Shown here: positions 19,497-28,904 of the stretch, piece after piece
Layout: every line of letters starts with the position of its first letter
Position numbering within the stretch: position 1 is the first letter of the stretch
From: an uncultured delta proteobacterium
GTDB lineage: Bacteria > Desulfobacterota > Syntrophorhabdia > Syntrophorhabdales > WCHB1-27
Assembly (NCBI GenBank): GCA_963717985.1
Contig: CAVQYC010000001.1
Coordinates: 456,712 to 520,711, forward strand
Direction: 5' to 3'
Length of the DNA stretch: 64,000 bases
The notes under the pieces: model-generated
The model's database searches: none
Told to the model about the DNA's origin: nothing
What the model saw: the letters and a program-made list of their open reading frames with translations, nothing else
Made by a program: the position numbers and the translations under genes

Positions 19497-20207
19497 TCAT
19501 AAAGGCTTGTTAGCCATTTCGGTGAGCCGCTTGCTCAGCTCTTCAAGACCGGCGGTGAATGCTTTCTCCTCTTCGCGGGTGGGCGCAATCCCGTACAAAG
19601 ACAAAGCACAAACGTTCTTTGCATTCACCCTAACAGCGCCGGACAAAGGGACGACTCTGAGAACGGTATGGAGGTCTTTGGCGTTCCCGTGAACAATCGC
19701 TGAGACCTCTTTTCCAAAGACCCATGCCTGTACATCGCCAATCTTTTTGAATTGCCCGTGGGCCAGAAGATATTTATGGATGCCCCGAGATCTCTGTGTG
19801 CCCTGGTCCCAAAGCTCCGAATCAGTGGGCGAGGAGGCCTCATAGCCGGTCGCCTGGTAAAGTAAGGAATCGGCGAGAAGAGAGGCTAATTCTTTATGGC
19901 CGCAGTAGGAAAAAACGGAGTCGAAATAGATGCACAATTCTAAATCGAAAATGCAAAGTGCGAGAAGGCGGTCTTTCTGTGGCGAAAAGGATGTTTTAGT
20001 GAGGGTACTGAGTAAGTACGTCAAGCGGGTCTTTTGAAGGAACGAGGAGACGATTTCTACCCCGGTTTGGGCATTGACATAGAGTTGATCTCCGAGAGCC
20101 GGTAAGGCATTTACTAAAAAAGCAACCTTACCGTCCAACGGCCCATAGCGATTCAGAAGATATTCTAAAGCGCGGTTACCTGGTCGCCTTGCGTTATTGG
20201 TGGTCAT
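19497..20207 (-). CDS. Hypothetical protein (236 aa)
   Basis: Long ORF with no competing gene; no motif recognised. Confidence 0.6.
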   Translation of the reverse strand: MTTNNARRPGNRALEYLLNRYGPLDGKVAFLVNALPALGDQLYVNAQTGVEIVSSFLQKTRLTYLLSTLTKTSFSPQKDRLLALCIFDLELCIYFDSVFSYCGHKELASLLADSLLYQATGYEASSPTDSELWDQGTQRSRGIHKYLLAHGQFKKIGDVQAWVFGKEVSAIVHGNAKDLHTVLRVVPLSGAVRVNAKNVCALSLYGIAPTREEEKAFTAGLEELSKRLTEMANKPL

Positions 20208-20540
20208 AAGTGTAATTATGATACCACTTACGGACCGGAAATACAGCCGAAAAACTCATGATGGGGTACCATAATGCCCCCTCCCGTTCGCCGGGCTTTG
20301 TAGGGCCTCCTGTGCGCTCGATTTTGCCGATGCTCGGTGAAGACCGTCCTCGCGATGTAACCCGGGCGGTAATTCGAGAAAATGACACAATTTTGTTGAG
20401 TTTCAGGTTCCTGCCACCTTTCAGGTGGTATCCCTCGCGTCGCTTGGCAAGGCAGGTCCGCGGCTTTGTAGGTGTAGCAAGTAATATGTCCCTTGATTTT
20501 GCCCTACAACGCAATGTTGCAATGGTGCGCTTTGAGACAT

Positions 20541-22381
20541 TGATTCCTGAGAAGTAACTCCCCACAAATAACTATTGTATTTAATTACATACAATGATAG
20601 AATATGTCATGTATAAGAAAACACCACCTCAACAAAAACTACTCGGCGTGGAGACGCAGGTGTCCCCCTCTTTGCGGAACCGTCTTGAGTCTTCATGGGC
20701 TCACCTGTTTAGAGGCGAGGTATTTCCAATCCTGTTCAGGAACGAAGATCGCTATGCGATTCTGTACGGCACAACAGGCCGGCCTAATTTCAGCGTTGCG
20801 CGTCTTTTGGGTTTGTGTCTCCTTCAGGAGTGGAGCAACTTGAGTGACCAGGAGGCCCTCGACACCTTCAGCTTTGACACCCGGTGGCGATACGCCTTGG
20901 ATGTCAGCGATGAGGAAGATTATTTGTCCCGTCGCTCTCTTGTAGAGTTCCGCAGGCGATTGGCCGCCAAAGACCCGGAGATGAAGCTGGTCCGCCATGT
21001 ATTCGACAATATCAGAGATTCAGCGATAAGCAAACTTGGCCTCTCGTCTTCCAGCCAGCGGCTTGATTCTACCCACATAATCTCGAACATTCGTGTACGA
21101 GGCAGATTGGCTCTATTCTCGAATACGCTCACCCAGTTTCTCAAGAGTCTGAATGAAGATCAATTGTCGAGAGTCCCGAAGGCAATTCAGGAATGGCATT
21201 CAAGCGAACCCGAGGGTTGGTTCGGATTGGGTCCGGCCGAGCAGAAGATCAAGCTGGAAGAACTGGCGCAGTATCTCTATGACCTTATTGTTATCTTCGA
21301 GAAGGATAATGAACTTACAGGCAATGAGCCGTACCAATTGTTGAAGCGCCTTTTCTCCGAACAATGCGAATTCACCTCAGACCAAGAATCGTCCAAGGTC
21401 CAGGTGAAGAAAAAGAGTGAAGGAGCAACCCTTCAATCCCCTTACGACCCGGATGCGTCCTGCGGACATAAAGGGCCGGGATACAGCCTTCATGTTACGG
21501 AGACGTGCAAGAATACCGGAAAAACCGAAATCATCACAGACTATGAGGTGCATGGCGCCGCCAGATCCGACATCGGCAAGGCCCTTCCTGTTATCGAACG
21601 TTTGGAGGCTGCCGGGTTGAAGCCCGAAGCGCTCTTTGCCGACGGCGGTTATCCGTCTGTCCCTTCAGCGGCAAAGGTCATAGAGCAAGGTATCGAATTC
21701 GTCACGCCCGTCAACCGCAGCAGGCTCTCCGACGATATCGTGGGCAGAGACCTTTTCTCCTTCGACTCGGAAGGTTTGGTGACCCGATGTCCCATGGGTA
21801 ATAGTCCCATAGACCATCGCATACTGAGCGGCAACAACAGCACCCGTCGTTCTCTCCATGCGATCTTTGACGGAAACGCCTGTCGATCGTGCACGATGCT
21901 CGATAGGTGCCCGGTAAGAGCTCCGAACCACCGCAACAAAGGCTGCCAGGCCCGTGAAACGGTCGGGGACTTTCGTCTGGAGATCACTGCCGAGCTTCGC
22001 CTGCGGGATCAGATGTATGCCATCCAGCAGACCACTGAATGGAAGGACCGGTACAAGATTCGTGCAGGGATCGAAGCAACGAACTCCGAACTGAAACGAG
22101 CGCACGGAATCGGCAGACTTCGGGTGCGCCGGCTGGCAAAAGTATGCTTTGCCGTGGCATGCAAGCTGATCGCCTGCAACATAAAGAGGTGGGCCAAGGC
22201 CCCTTGGGCCTTGAAAAAGACCCTGGAAGGCTGCATATCGTCTCTTTGTATTAGCATGAAGGTATTCTGGACCGAAATAGTTGGCGTGTCCTTGCCTAAG
22301 AAGTTCATCTTCACGATGGTGGTAACACAACGATGGTGACGATTGATCCTTTCAGAAAGGGCACTTTCTTCTCAGGAATCA
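20541..22381 (+). mobile_element. IS copy B, 1841 bp, inverted relative to copy A
   Basis: Same TIR; target duplication GACAT at 20536-20540 and 22382-22386. Confidence 0.92.
20594..22339 (+). CDS. DDE transposase, 581 aa, one residue different from copy A
   Basis: KRAHG vs KRSHG; otherwise identical translation. Confidence 0.92.
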   Translation: MIEYVMYKKTPPQQKLLGVETQVSPSLRNRLESSWAHLFRGEVFPILFRNEDRYAILYGTTGRPNFSVARLLGLCLLQEWSNLSDQEALDTFSFDTRWRYALDVSDEEDYLSRRSLVEFRRRLAAKDPEMKLVRHVFDNIRDSAISKLGLSSSSQRLDSTHIISNIRVRGRLALFSNTLTQFLKSLNEDQLSRVPKAIQEWHSSEPEGWFGLGPAEQKIKLEELAQYLYDLIVIFEKDNELTGNEPYQLLKRLFSEQCEFTSDQESSKVQVKKKSEGATLQSPYDPDASCGHKGPGYSLHVTETCKNTGKTEIITDYEVHGAARSDIGKALPVIERLEAAGLKPEALFADGGYPSVPSAAKVIEQGIEFVTPVNRSRLSDDIVGRDLFSFDSEGLVTRCPMGNSPIDHRILSGNNSTRRSLHAIFDGNACRSCTMLDRCPVRAPNHRNKGCQARETVGDFRLEITAELRLRDQMYAIQQTTEWKDRYKIRAGIEATNSELKRAHGIGRLRVRRLAKVCFAVACKLIACNIKRWAKAPWALKKTLEGCISSLCISMKVFWTEIVGVSLPKKFIFTMVVTQRW

Positions 22382-22605
22382 GACATTCAAAAACGTCCCG
22401 CCCCTGATATCCCTTCCCCTCGCACTCCCCTTCAAGATAGTGATAACAGCCCCCTTCGCACCCGAATTCTTCCGCTTGTACATCGCCCAGGCACTCGTCT
22501 AAGAAGGCCCCGAAGTGTTCTATGACCCTGCTTTTGCCCTGGACCCACCATTCCGGCAATTGCTGTGCCGCTCGTACAGCCTTCTTCCGCTCAAGCCTTT
22601 CTTTC

Positions 22606-23661
22606 TTACGTTTCTTCATAATGGCCCCCATAATCGGTATTTTCATAGGACTTCTCGCCGTGCCCTTCTTCAAATTCCTCGACGCTCATTCTCTTTTCGC
22701 TTCCGAACGGTAAGAATCTCTTATCCCATTCCGTCCCGGTTCCCATGATATCCGTACCCACACACTCCCAATTCCCTTTGACGAACGGTTCAGTCACCGG
22801 AATTTCTTTCTCGCCGATCTCCACGGCCTCACACTGCTTTTCTTCCTTCTTCCTCTTGCCGTAAGCCACCCGGTAGAGAGGCACCCCGAAGAAATAGGCA
22901 TAGGCATAGAGAAGATGGACTTTATTGCCATCGACGCAGGTAACGGCCTTCTTCAGATAGCTTGAAAGGTAGCCCGCAACTTGGCCCCCCGTTCTCACTG
23001 TGACCTTGATCCCTTGTGGTTTTGACCATCCCCACAGCCTTACTATGTCGTCTATATCGGCGATCCAACCGCCCTTGAAATAGAAGTGGATATGAGGAAG
23101 GCCCGATTCCCTGTAAGGCTCTATGGCGAAGCCTCTATAACTCCACTCCCATCCTTTTCGCTTGTAGAAGGACCGTAGGCGCTTCAGGAAGGCGCTTATG
23201 TCCGTTCCGATGCGGAACATGAGGAATCCATAGAAGTCGCCGCCCCATCCTGATTCTTCCATGAGATCGTACATACGCCGCTGATCGTATCCTATTGCGA
23301 GCATCGTCACCTTGGTTTCATCCTTCACGCTATCGTGTATGTCCCAATACCGTTTCTTGTACCAGTCATCCCTTTTCGTGTTCCACCTGGAGCAGATCGG
23401 CATCCGCTTGTACTCCCCGCTATCCATGTTCCTGAAGACCAGCCCCACGTTGCTGTAATAATCGACGGTAGAATAGAACATCGTCGCCACATCCTGCTTG
23501 TCGAACAGGTATGAGTATTTATCCACTATTTCGGCTCTCTTCTTTTTCCCCCGTACTTCTGTTCTTATTGTGACGTGTTTATCAGACCTTGGCCGTGTCT
23601 CCACCCAGGGTTGAATATCGTTCCTTGCCCGCCAGAGTGAATAATCCCGACTTTCGCTCAT
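22606..23661 (-). CDS. HUH rolling-circle replication initiator (two-tyrosine type)
   Basis: EPYRESGLPHIHFY (HUH) and VAGYLSSYLKK (YxxxY). Confidence 0.75.
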   Translation of the reverse strand: MSESRDYSLWRARNDIQPWVETRPRSDKHVTIRTEVRGKKKRAEIVDKYSYLFDKQDVATMFYSTVDYYSNVGLVFRNMDSGEYKRMPICSRWNTKRDDWYKKRYWDIHDSVKDETKVTMLAIGYDQRRMYDLMEESGWGGDFYGFLMFRIGTDISAFLKRLRSFYKRKGWEWSYRGFAIEPYRESGLPHIHFYFKGGWIADIDDIVRLWGWSKPQGIKVTVRTGGQVAGYLSSYLKKAVTCVDGNKVHLLYAYAYFFGVPLYRVAYGKRKKEEKQCEAVEIGEKEIPVTEPFVKGNWECVGTDIMGTGTEWDKRFLPFGSEKRMSVEEFEEGHGEKSYENTDYGGHYEET

Positions 23662-23798
23662 CGGTGTAATTCATTACCTCTGTTACAAGCACAGAGGAGC
23701 CGACCAGCGCATGCTTGTGCTCGACCTCCACTACTCCGTTCTGTCACCCTCGTCGGGAAGTGATGTGGGGAAAGGTTTGTGCGCGGCGCAAGCCCCGA

Positions 23799-23835
23799 CC
23801 CCCCGCCGTGCTCCTCCGTCCGCGCGGCAGGAGGG
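23799..23835. repeat. Conserved inter-island cis motif, copy 3, ~140 bp upstream of rep
   Basis: CCGTGCTCCTCCGTCCGCGCGGCAGGAGGG shares the CCGTGCTCCT and GTCCGCGCGG blocks. Confidence 0.75.
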
Positions 23836-24167
23836 ACCGGAACTTGCGCCGGAATTTGCTTTGAGAACGTCGGGAAGTCCCCCGACGTAGGCCCTATATG
23901 CCCTTTACAATGGCCCGAGGAAGCTTTATACTCACTCTTAGGTGATACGGTCACGTTTCACCACCCCCGCCGCCGGAGACGCCCGCCAAAGCTCTTCCGG
24001 TGGCTTTTTTATTCGTCTTGAATTAGCTGTTGCTCAAAACGAAAAGCCGGCATGATAGCCGGCTTAGGGGTGGTGGTTTTTTCAGCACTCGTGCAGATTC
24101 GTTCCAGGATTTAAAGAAGCGTCTAAAACCTCCTATTGTTTCAGCTACTTGGACGGGGGGGCAGGTT

Positions 24168-24183
24168 TTCGATTCCCGCCGCC
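24168..24183 (+). repeat. ssrA 3'-end copy (attR of element 2)
   Basis: TTCGATTCCCGCCGCC identical to 6000-6015, preceded by GGACG. Confidence 0.8.
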
Positions 24184-24314
24184 CCATAAATGAGTTACAA
24201 TGTTTTAGGGGTCATGGATACTGTCCGTATAGTGTCGGTGACCCTTTTCCCAGGGCGCGATCCTTCGTCCTAGAGGACCCGCGGCTGCGGATGAATGCAC
24301 CCTGCCGGGCGCAC

Positions 24315-24348
24315 AAAAAAGCAGGCAGAGACCAAGGTCTCTGCCTGC
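24315..24348 (-). terminator. Intrinsic terminator of the PEP-CTERM gene
   Basis: GCAGGCAGAGACC-nn-GGTCTCTGCCTGC stem followed by T6 on the minus strand. Confidence 0.8.
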
Positions 24349-24370
24349 TGAATAAAGCGAGTGGTTGGTC

Positions 24371-24961
24371 TTACCCCTTAAGTCTTTTCCTGATGCCCAC
24401 AAGGCCAAGGAGGCCGGGGGCAAGAAGCAGTAGTGTCGGGGGAACGGGAACCGGGCTGTAGGTAGCAACGAACCCTACCTTTGTCGGGTCGATGTTCCCC
24501 GTGAGAACGATATTCACAAAGAAGGTGTCACCGGCGACAAGCGCGGCTCCTCCGGGAGCGAAAAACTGCACCTCCGTGGGCGAAACCGAGACCATGGTCC
24601 AGAGTGCACCGGCTGTGGTGTTGCTGAAGCGTGTCGTGAGATAGGAGCCAAACGGGTCATTCCCCGGGGTAGGAGTCAAATCGATCGCTACTCCCGCGGG
24701 CACGGTAAATTGAGTGCCGAGCACGAAGTCGAAATCCCGCGTCGCCGGGCCCGTCCAGGTCAACGTCCCCGCGAGGAGGCCCGGGATACCCCACGCTGAA
24801 GTTCCCCCAGGGCCTTGGGTATTCCAAGACCACGCGTTGCCGTACGTGTCCACTCCCGTGGCTCCAAGGCCCACGAAGCTGACATCGGCCTTTGCAGAGG
24901 CGGCGAAAACCATGATCACCATTGCCAGAACGATCGTTGTAGCCACTAACATTCTTTTCAT
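24371..24961 (-). CDS. PEP-CTERM/VPLPA-CTERM exosortase-sorted surface protein
   Basis: Signal peptide ending ASAKA; C-term VPVPPTLLLLAPGLLGLVGIRKRLKG. Confidence 0.88.
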   Translation of the reverse strand: MKRMLVATTIVLAMVIMVFAASAKADVSFVGLGATGVDTYGNAWSWNTQGPGGTSAWGIPGLLAGTLTWTGPATRDFDFVLGTQFTVPAGVAIDLTPTPGNDPFGSYLTTRFSNTTAGALWTMVSVSPTEVQFFAPGGAALVAGDTFFVNIVLTGNIDPTKVGFVATYSPVPVPPTLLLLAPGLLGLVGIRKRLKG

Positions 24962-25059
24962 AAGCTTTTCTCCTTTTGATTTTGACTAACGCCGGAACAT
25001 GAACTGCCTGTTGAGACTCCCCACCCCCTTTCGCTTTCATGCGTGAAAGCGTTTTTTTT

Positions 25060-25155
25060 GGCAGCCCGGCCGTCTGTCTGCAGTGCTCACGAGAAGCGTA
25101 TCAGAGACCCGCTGGCTTTCCGTCCCACCCTTACGAGTGGTTTGGCTTTGTCAGA
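25060..25155 (-). ncRNA. GEMM-I (cyclic di-GMP-I class) riboswitch
   Basis: Minus strand GACAAAGCCAAACCACTCGTAAGGGTGGGACGGAAAGCCAGCGGGTCTCTG..CAGACGGCCGGGCTGCC. Confidence 0.88.
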
Positions 25156-25164
25156 ATTTGTATA

Positions 25165-25193
25165 ATGTTATGCCAGGTCTAACTCAATGTCAA
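25165..25193 (-). promoter_or_regulatory. Sigma70 promoter of the riboswitch/PEP-CTERM transcript
   Basis: TTGACA-17 bp-TAACAT immediately upstream of the aptamer. Confidence 0.7.
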
Positions 25194-25365
25194 GAAAAAA
25201 ACGCAGGTTTCGGAAAAATAAATTGCCCTTCCTTACGAGTGGCATTTTTGACTCGCCTAAAGAGGCCAGGGCGCGAGGAATTATAGGTGAAGTGAGCAAG
25301 GTGGTTTTTTGCGGCCGAGGCGCTTTTTTGATGGAGGCGCGAAAAGTGTCCCGGCCGCGTCAGCA

Positions 25366-26634
25366 TCAGAGGATAGTGTTCATGCCATACATATAGGGCC
25401 GCAACACCTCGGGTACAGCGATGGCGCCGTCCGCAAGCTGGAAGTTTTCCATGACCGCCATCACACACCTGCCCACCGCAAGCCCCGAACCATTCAAGGT
25501 ATGTACGTATTCCGTCTTTCCGGTCCCGGTCCTGTACCTGATCCTTGCCCTTCTTGCCTGGAAGGCCTCGAAGTTACTGCACGACGAGATCTCCCTGTAG
25601 ATGTTCTGCCCGGGGAGCCATACCTCGATGTCATAGGTCTTTGCCGAGGAAAATCCGAGGTCGCCGGTGGATAGGAGAGAAACGCGGTAGTGGATGGAGA
25701 GCTTTTTCAGGACATCCTCGGCATCGAGGAGCAGACCTTCGAGCTCTGCATAAGAGTCCTGGGGCAAGCTGAATTTTACCAGCTCCACCTTGTTGAACTG
25801 GTGCTGTCTGGTGAGGCCCCTCGTGTCTTTTCCGTGGGCTCCGGCCTCTTTTCTGAAACAAGGCGTGTATGCGACATACTTGATGGGCAGGTCGTCTCCT
25901 TTCAGTATCTCGTCTCTGAAGATGTTCGTCACGGGCACTTCGGCAGTCGGTATGAGGAAGTAGTCAGGGTCGGAAAGCTTGAAAAGCTCTTCCTCAAACT
26001 TCGGAAGCTGCCCGGTGCCTGTCATGCTCTCCCTGTTCACCATGAAAGGCGGCAGCACCTCGGTATAGCCGTGCTCGCGCACATGGAGATCGAGCATGAA
26101 GTTGATGAGCGCCCTTTCCAAAAGGGCCCCGTGGGATTTGTACAGGGTGAATCTGGAGCCTGTGATCTTCGCGGCCCTCTTGAAGTCGAGTATGTCGAGT
26201 CTCTCGCCCAGGTCCCAGTGGGCGATAGGCTGGAAGTCAAAGCGAGGTTTCTCTCCCCATGTCCTGACCACTTCGTTCTGCTCCTCGCCCGCCCCAAGGG
26301 GTACGGAGTCATGAGGGATGTTCGGTATTTCAAGGCTACTGAGCTCCCATTCACTTTCCACGCCCCTAAGCTCCTGTTCCCGAGCTTCAATCTCTTTCCC
26401 GACGGCCCGGAGCTGTTCTATCTTCTCTTGCGCTTCGACGCCGCTTTTTTTCAGCCGCGCTATTTCATCGGAAGTGACGTTCCGCTGATTCTTCATCGCC
26501 TCTGCGTGTCTGATCAGCTCGCGCCGACGCTCATCTATCCCGATCAGTTTTTCAAGATCGAATACGGACCCCCTCTTCTTGAGGCTTTCCCGCACCAGTT
26601 CCGCTTTTTCTCTTATCAATTTCGGATCGAGCAT
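25366..26634 (-). CDS. serS: Serine--tRNA ligase
   Basis: [55 protein letters not shown]. Confidence 0.98.
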   Translation of the reverse strand: MLDPKLIREKAELVRESLKKRGSVFDLEKLIGIDERRRELIRHAEAMKNQRNVTSDEIARLKKSGVEAQEKIEQLRAVGKEIEAREQELRGVESEWELSSLEIPNIPHDSVPLGAGEEQNEVVRTWGEKPRFDFQPIAHWDLGERLDILDFKRAAKITGSRFTLYKSHGALLERALINFMLDLHVREHGYTEVLPPFMVNRESMTGTGQLPKFEEELFKLSDPDYFLIPTAEVPVTNIFRDEILKGDDLPIKYVAYTPCFRKEAGAHGKDTRGLTRQHQFNKVELVKFSLPQDSYAELEGLLLDAEDVLKKLSIHYRVSLLSTGDLGFSSAKTYDIEVWLPGQNIYREISSCSNFEAFQARRARIRYRTGTGKTEYVHTLNGSGLAVGRCVMAVMENFQLADGAIAVPEVLRPYMYGMNTIL

Positions 26635-27237
26635 TTAATCCTCCAGCAATTCCTTGTTGTACTGCAGCGGCTTCAAAATATAAAGCAACCCACTTCTCGT
26701 GTAGACCGGCTCTCCCTCGACCAGCAACTGGACGCGATGCACCCCGGGAAAACTTGCTGTAAAGGAGTTTACGATGCTGTAGACCATGGCGATCTCCCTG
26801 GCGGGGCTGCCCGGGTCGATAAACTCCTTCGACACATTCAAGTAGAGCACACCGTCCGCGCCTACGGCCAAGTCGTAAAACCTCAGCCGGTCCGGTATGG
26901 ATCGCGTCTCTTTCAGCTCCCTGAACAGGATATCGGCCCGCGCCCTGTCTGATAACTGCTTCCCCACCTCCACCGTTTTTCTCTCCAGCTTCCCCTGCTC
27001 ATCAGGAAAGAAGACCGAGACGGCCGCCTTTTCCGCCGCCGCGGCACGCCGGACGGGCGGCATGACAGGCCGGTTGTACAGATAGCAGCCGATACCGGCT
27101 GCGACCAGGGCGAGAAGACCGAATATAACCGCGAAACGTCTCGTACCAGGTCGGCCTCGAAGCCCCATCTTTGTTGGCGGGATCTGCGTTGCCCGGGTAC
27201 TCTCTGGGTAGTGCCTTCGAATGCGACTCGGCATCAT
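26635..27237 (-). CDS. GerMN-domain membrane-anchored protein (start uncertain)
   Basis: TM helix then VFFPDEQG..LYLNVSKEF..YSIVNSFT..RVQLLVEGE. Confidence 0.78.
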   Translation of the reverse strand: MMPSRIRRHYPESTRATQIPPTKMGLRGRPGTRRFAVIFGLLALVAAGIGCYLYNRPVMPPVRRAAAAEKAAVSVFFPDEQGKLERKTVEVGKQLSDRARADILFRELKETRSIPDRLRFYDLAVGADGVLYLNVSKEFIDPGSPAREIAMVYSIVNSFTASFPGVHRVQLLVEGEPVYTRSGLLYILKPLQYNKELLED

Positions 27238-27242
27238 GTGCC

Positions 27243-27800
27243 TCATTTTGCAATGGTGCTGAGAAATTCATCTCCCGTCGCGACCCTGAACAGGGGATAT
27301 ATGGCTGACTGCCGATAGGCGTCCATGAAACTTGTATGGATCTCCGGCTTGTAGGCGGCGCTGAGGTCTTCGAGGAGGATCGTGTAGAAGTCGTGGCAGA
27401 TGGCGTCTAAGGCAGTAGCGATGACGCAGAAATGGGTGTTGATGCCCGCCACCGCCACCGTATCTATCTGCATGGTGCGGAGCGTCTGGTCGAGGTCTGT
27501 TTTGAAGAAGGCGCTGAACCTCCTTTTCGGGAGCATGATGTCCGTCGCCTCGGCCTCGAGTGCGGCGGCCGGCTGCGCTCCTGCCGTGCCTCGTATGCAA
27601 TGCGGCTTCATCCTCCCCTTGAAGATGAAATCGCCTTCCAGGAAGCTGTCACAGGCGAATATGATAGGAACAGAGAGGGCCCGGCAGCGTTTGAGAAACG
27701 CCCGCACAGGCTCTACGATCCCGGTCAACTCCCGAGGTGCCCCCCCCTCTTTTCCGTACATATCTTCCAGCATATCAACGATTATGACTACCGACTTCAT
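27243..27800 (-). CDS. Isochorismatase-family cysteine hydrolase
   Basis: IIVDM, HCIRGTAG, KRRFSAF, AGINTHFCV. Confidence 0.88.
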   Translation of the reverse strand: MKSVVIIVDMLEDMYGKEGGAPRELTGIVEPVRAFLKRCRALSVPIIFACDSFLEGDFIFKGRMKPHCIRGTAGAQPAAALEAEATDIMLPKRRFSAFFKTDLDQTLRTMQIDTVAVAGINTHFCVIATALDAICHDFYTILLEDLSAAYKPEIHTSFMDAYRQSAIYPLFRVATGDEFLSTIAK

Positions 27801-28599
27801 GCGACCTCTCCTCGCTATCTCTCTTTCCCTCATCGGACAGAAAAACGGTCTTGAAGGTATTGGTCAGGGCAGAAGCTACTTCCTCAACCGGTCTTTCCTT
27901 TATCAGGGCCATCTGCTCGACCACGAGTCTCACAAGGGCCGGTTCGTTTCTCCTGCCCCTCTTCGGCACAGGGGTCAGAAATGGGGCGTCCGTCTCAGAA
28001 AGCAGCCTGTCAATCGGCGCGTAGCGCACAATCTTTGTCAGTCTTGTGTCAGGGTAGGTAACCGTACCCGGGATAGAAAGGTAGATGCCCATATCGAGCA
28101 GTTGTTTTGCGGTGTCAAGGTCATAGGAGTAACAGTGGACCACGGTCTTGTGGCCCTCCAGGTGCGCCTCCTTCACGATCTCAAGGGTCTCCTGCCTGGC
28201 GTTCCTCGAGTGGATGATCACCGGAAGCCCGGCGAGCCGGGCCAGCTCTATTTGCCGCCGGAACGCCTCGATCTGAACCTCTCTCGGTGAATATTCCCTG
28301 TAAAAATCGAGACCGATCTCACCGTAGCCGACGATCTTCGGGTGGTGCAGGTACCCTTTTATGGTCTCTTCGACTTCGGGCGAGTAGTCTTTTGCGTTGT
28401 GGGGATGGATGCCCACGGCGCCGTAAATGTGGGGATATGCCTCTATGATCTCCACGACTTTGGCAAAATACCGCACCTCCGTCCCGACCGTAAGTATGCA
28501 GGAGATACCCGCCCCGGATGCACGGTCTATCACCGCCTGACGGTCCTCATCATATTCTTCCATCTCCAGGTGGCAGTGGGAATCTACGAACATGCACAT
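27775..28599 (-). CDS. tatD: TatD-family nuclease
   Basis: DSHCHL, VGIHPH, GEIGLDF, IIHSR, HCY, ETDAPFL. Confidence 0.95.
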   Translation of the reverse strand: MCMFVDSHCHLEMEEYDEDRQAVIDRASGAGISCILTVGTEVRYFAKVVEIIEAYPHIYGAVGIHPHNAKDYSPEVEETIKGYLHHPKIVGYGEIGLDFYREYSPREVQIEAFRRQIELARLAGLPVIIHSRNARQETLEIVKEAHLEGHKTVVHCYSYDLDTAKQLLDMGIYLSIPGTVTYPDTRLTKIVRYAPIDRLLSETDAPFLTPVPKRGRRNEPALVRLVVEQMALIKERPVEEVASALTNTFKTVFLSDEGKRDSEERSHEVGSHNR

Positions 28600-28904
28600 T
28601 TATAGCACATTCCCGCGCCGCTAATCCACTGCCCGGCCCATTTCCGATCGTTGCCGATCACCCTTTACATGTGATAGTTAGATCTACTATTCTTGCAATT
28701 GTGTCAGGTCACGCCTATCATATTCTATGGCTACGAACCGGACGATAGTGCATGGACGGTGAGATTACGAAGTCGGGTGGTTGCGGCATGTTTTATGCTT
28801 GTCGTTAAGAAGAGAAAAAGAGAAGAGGAAAGCGGAAGGGTCATCGGAAAGGACACGATCGACCTGAACGCACGTAAGATACCACCATTTTAAGGAGGCA
28901 TTAT

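Larger units (their letters stand above)
20504..22646 (-). pseudogene. Small Cys-rich protein downstream of Rep, split near its 3' end by IS copy B
   Basis: Removing the IS restores ..GCEGGCYHYLEGECEG..DVFECLKAHHCNIAL* with stop at 20506-20504. Confidence 0.6.
15331..24183. mobile_element. Element 2: integrative rolling-circle element (~5.2 kb without the two IS copies)
   Basis: Bounded by ssrA-end copies; contains integrase, RHH, HUH Rep and the shared motif. Confidence 0.75.

Noticed and set aside
15765-22381. Composite transposon or inversion between the two inverted IS copies
   Set aside because: Each copy has its own matching target duplication and both interrupted genes rebuild in place, so these are independent insertions with no rearrangement
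25231-25242. Second GEMM-I aptamer
   Set aside because: Only 12 bp (CCTTACGAGTGG) are duplicated; the remaining aptamer elements are absent
28600-28904. ZTP or THF riboswitch, or Rex/CooA site, upstream of fhs
   Set aside because: No aptamer core motifs found; TGTG..TCAC spacing does not fit CRP/CooA/Rex consensus
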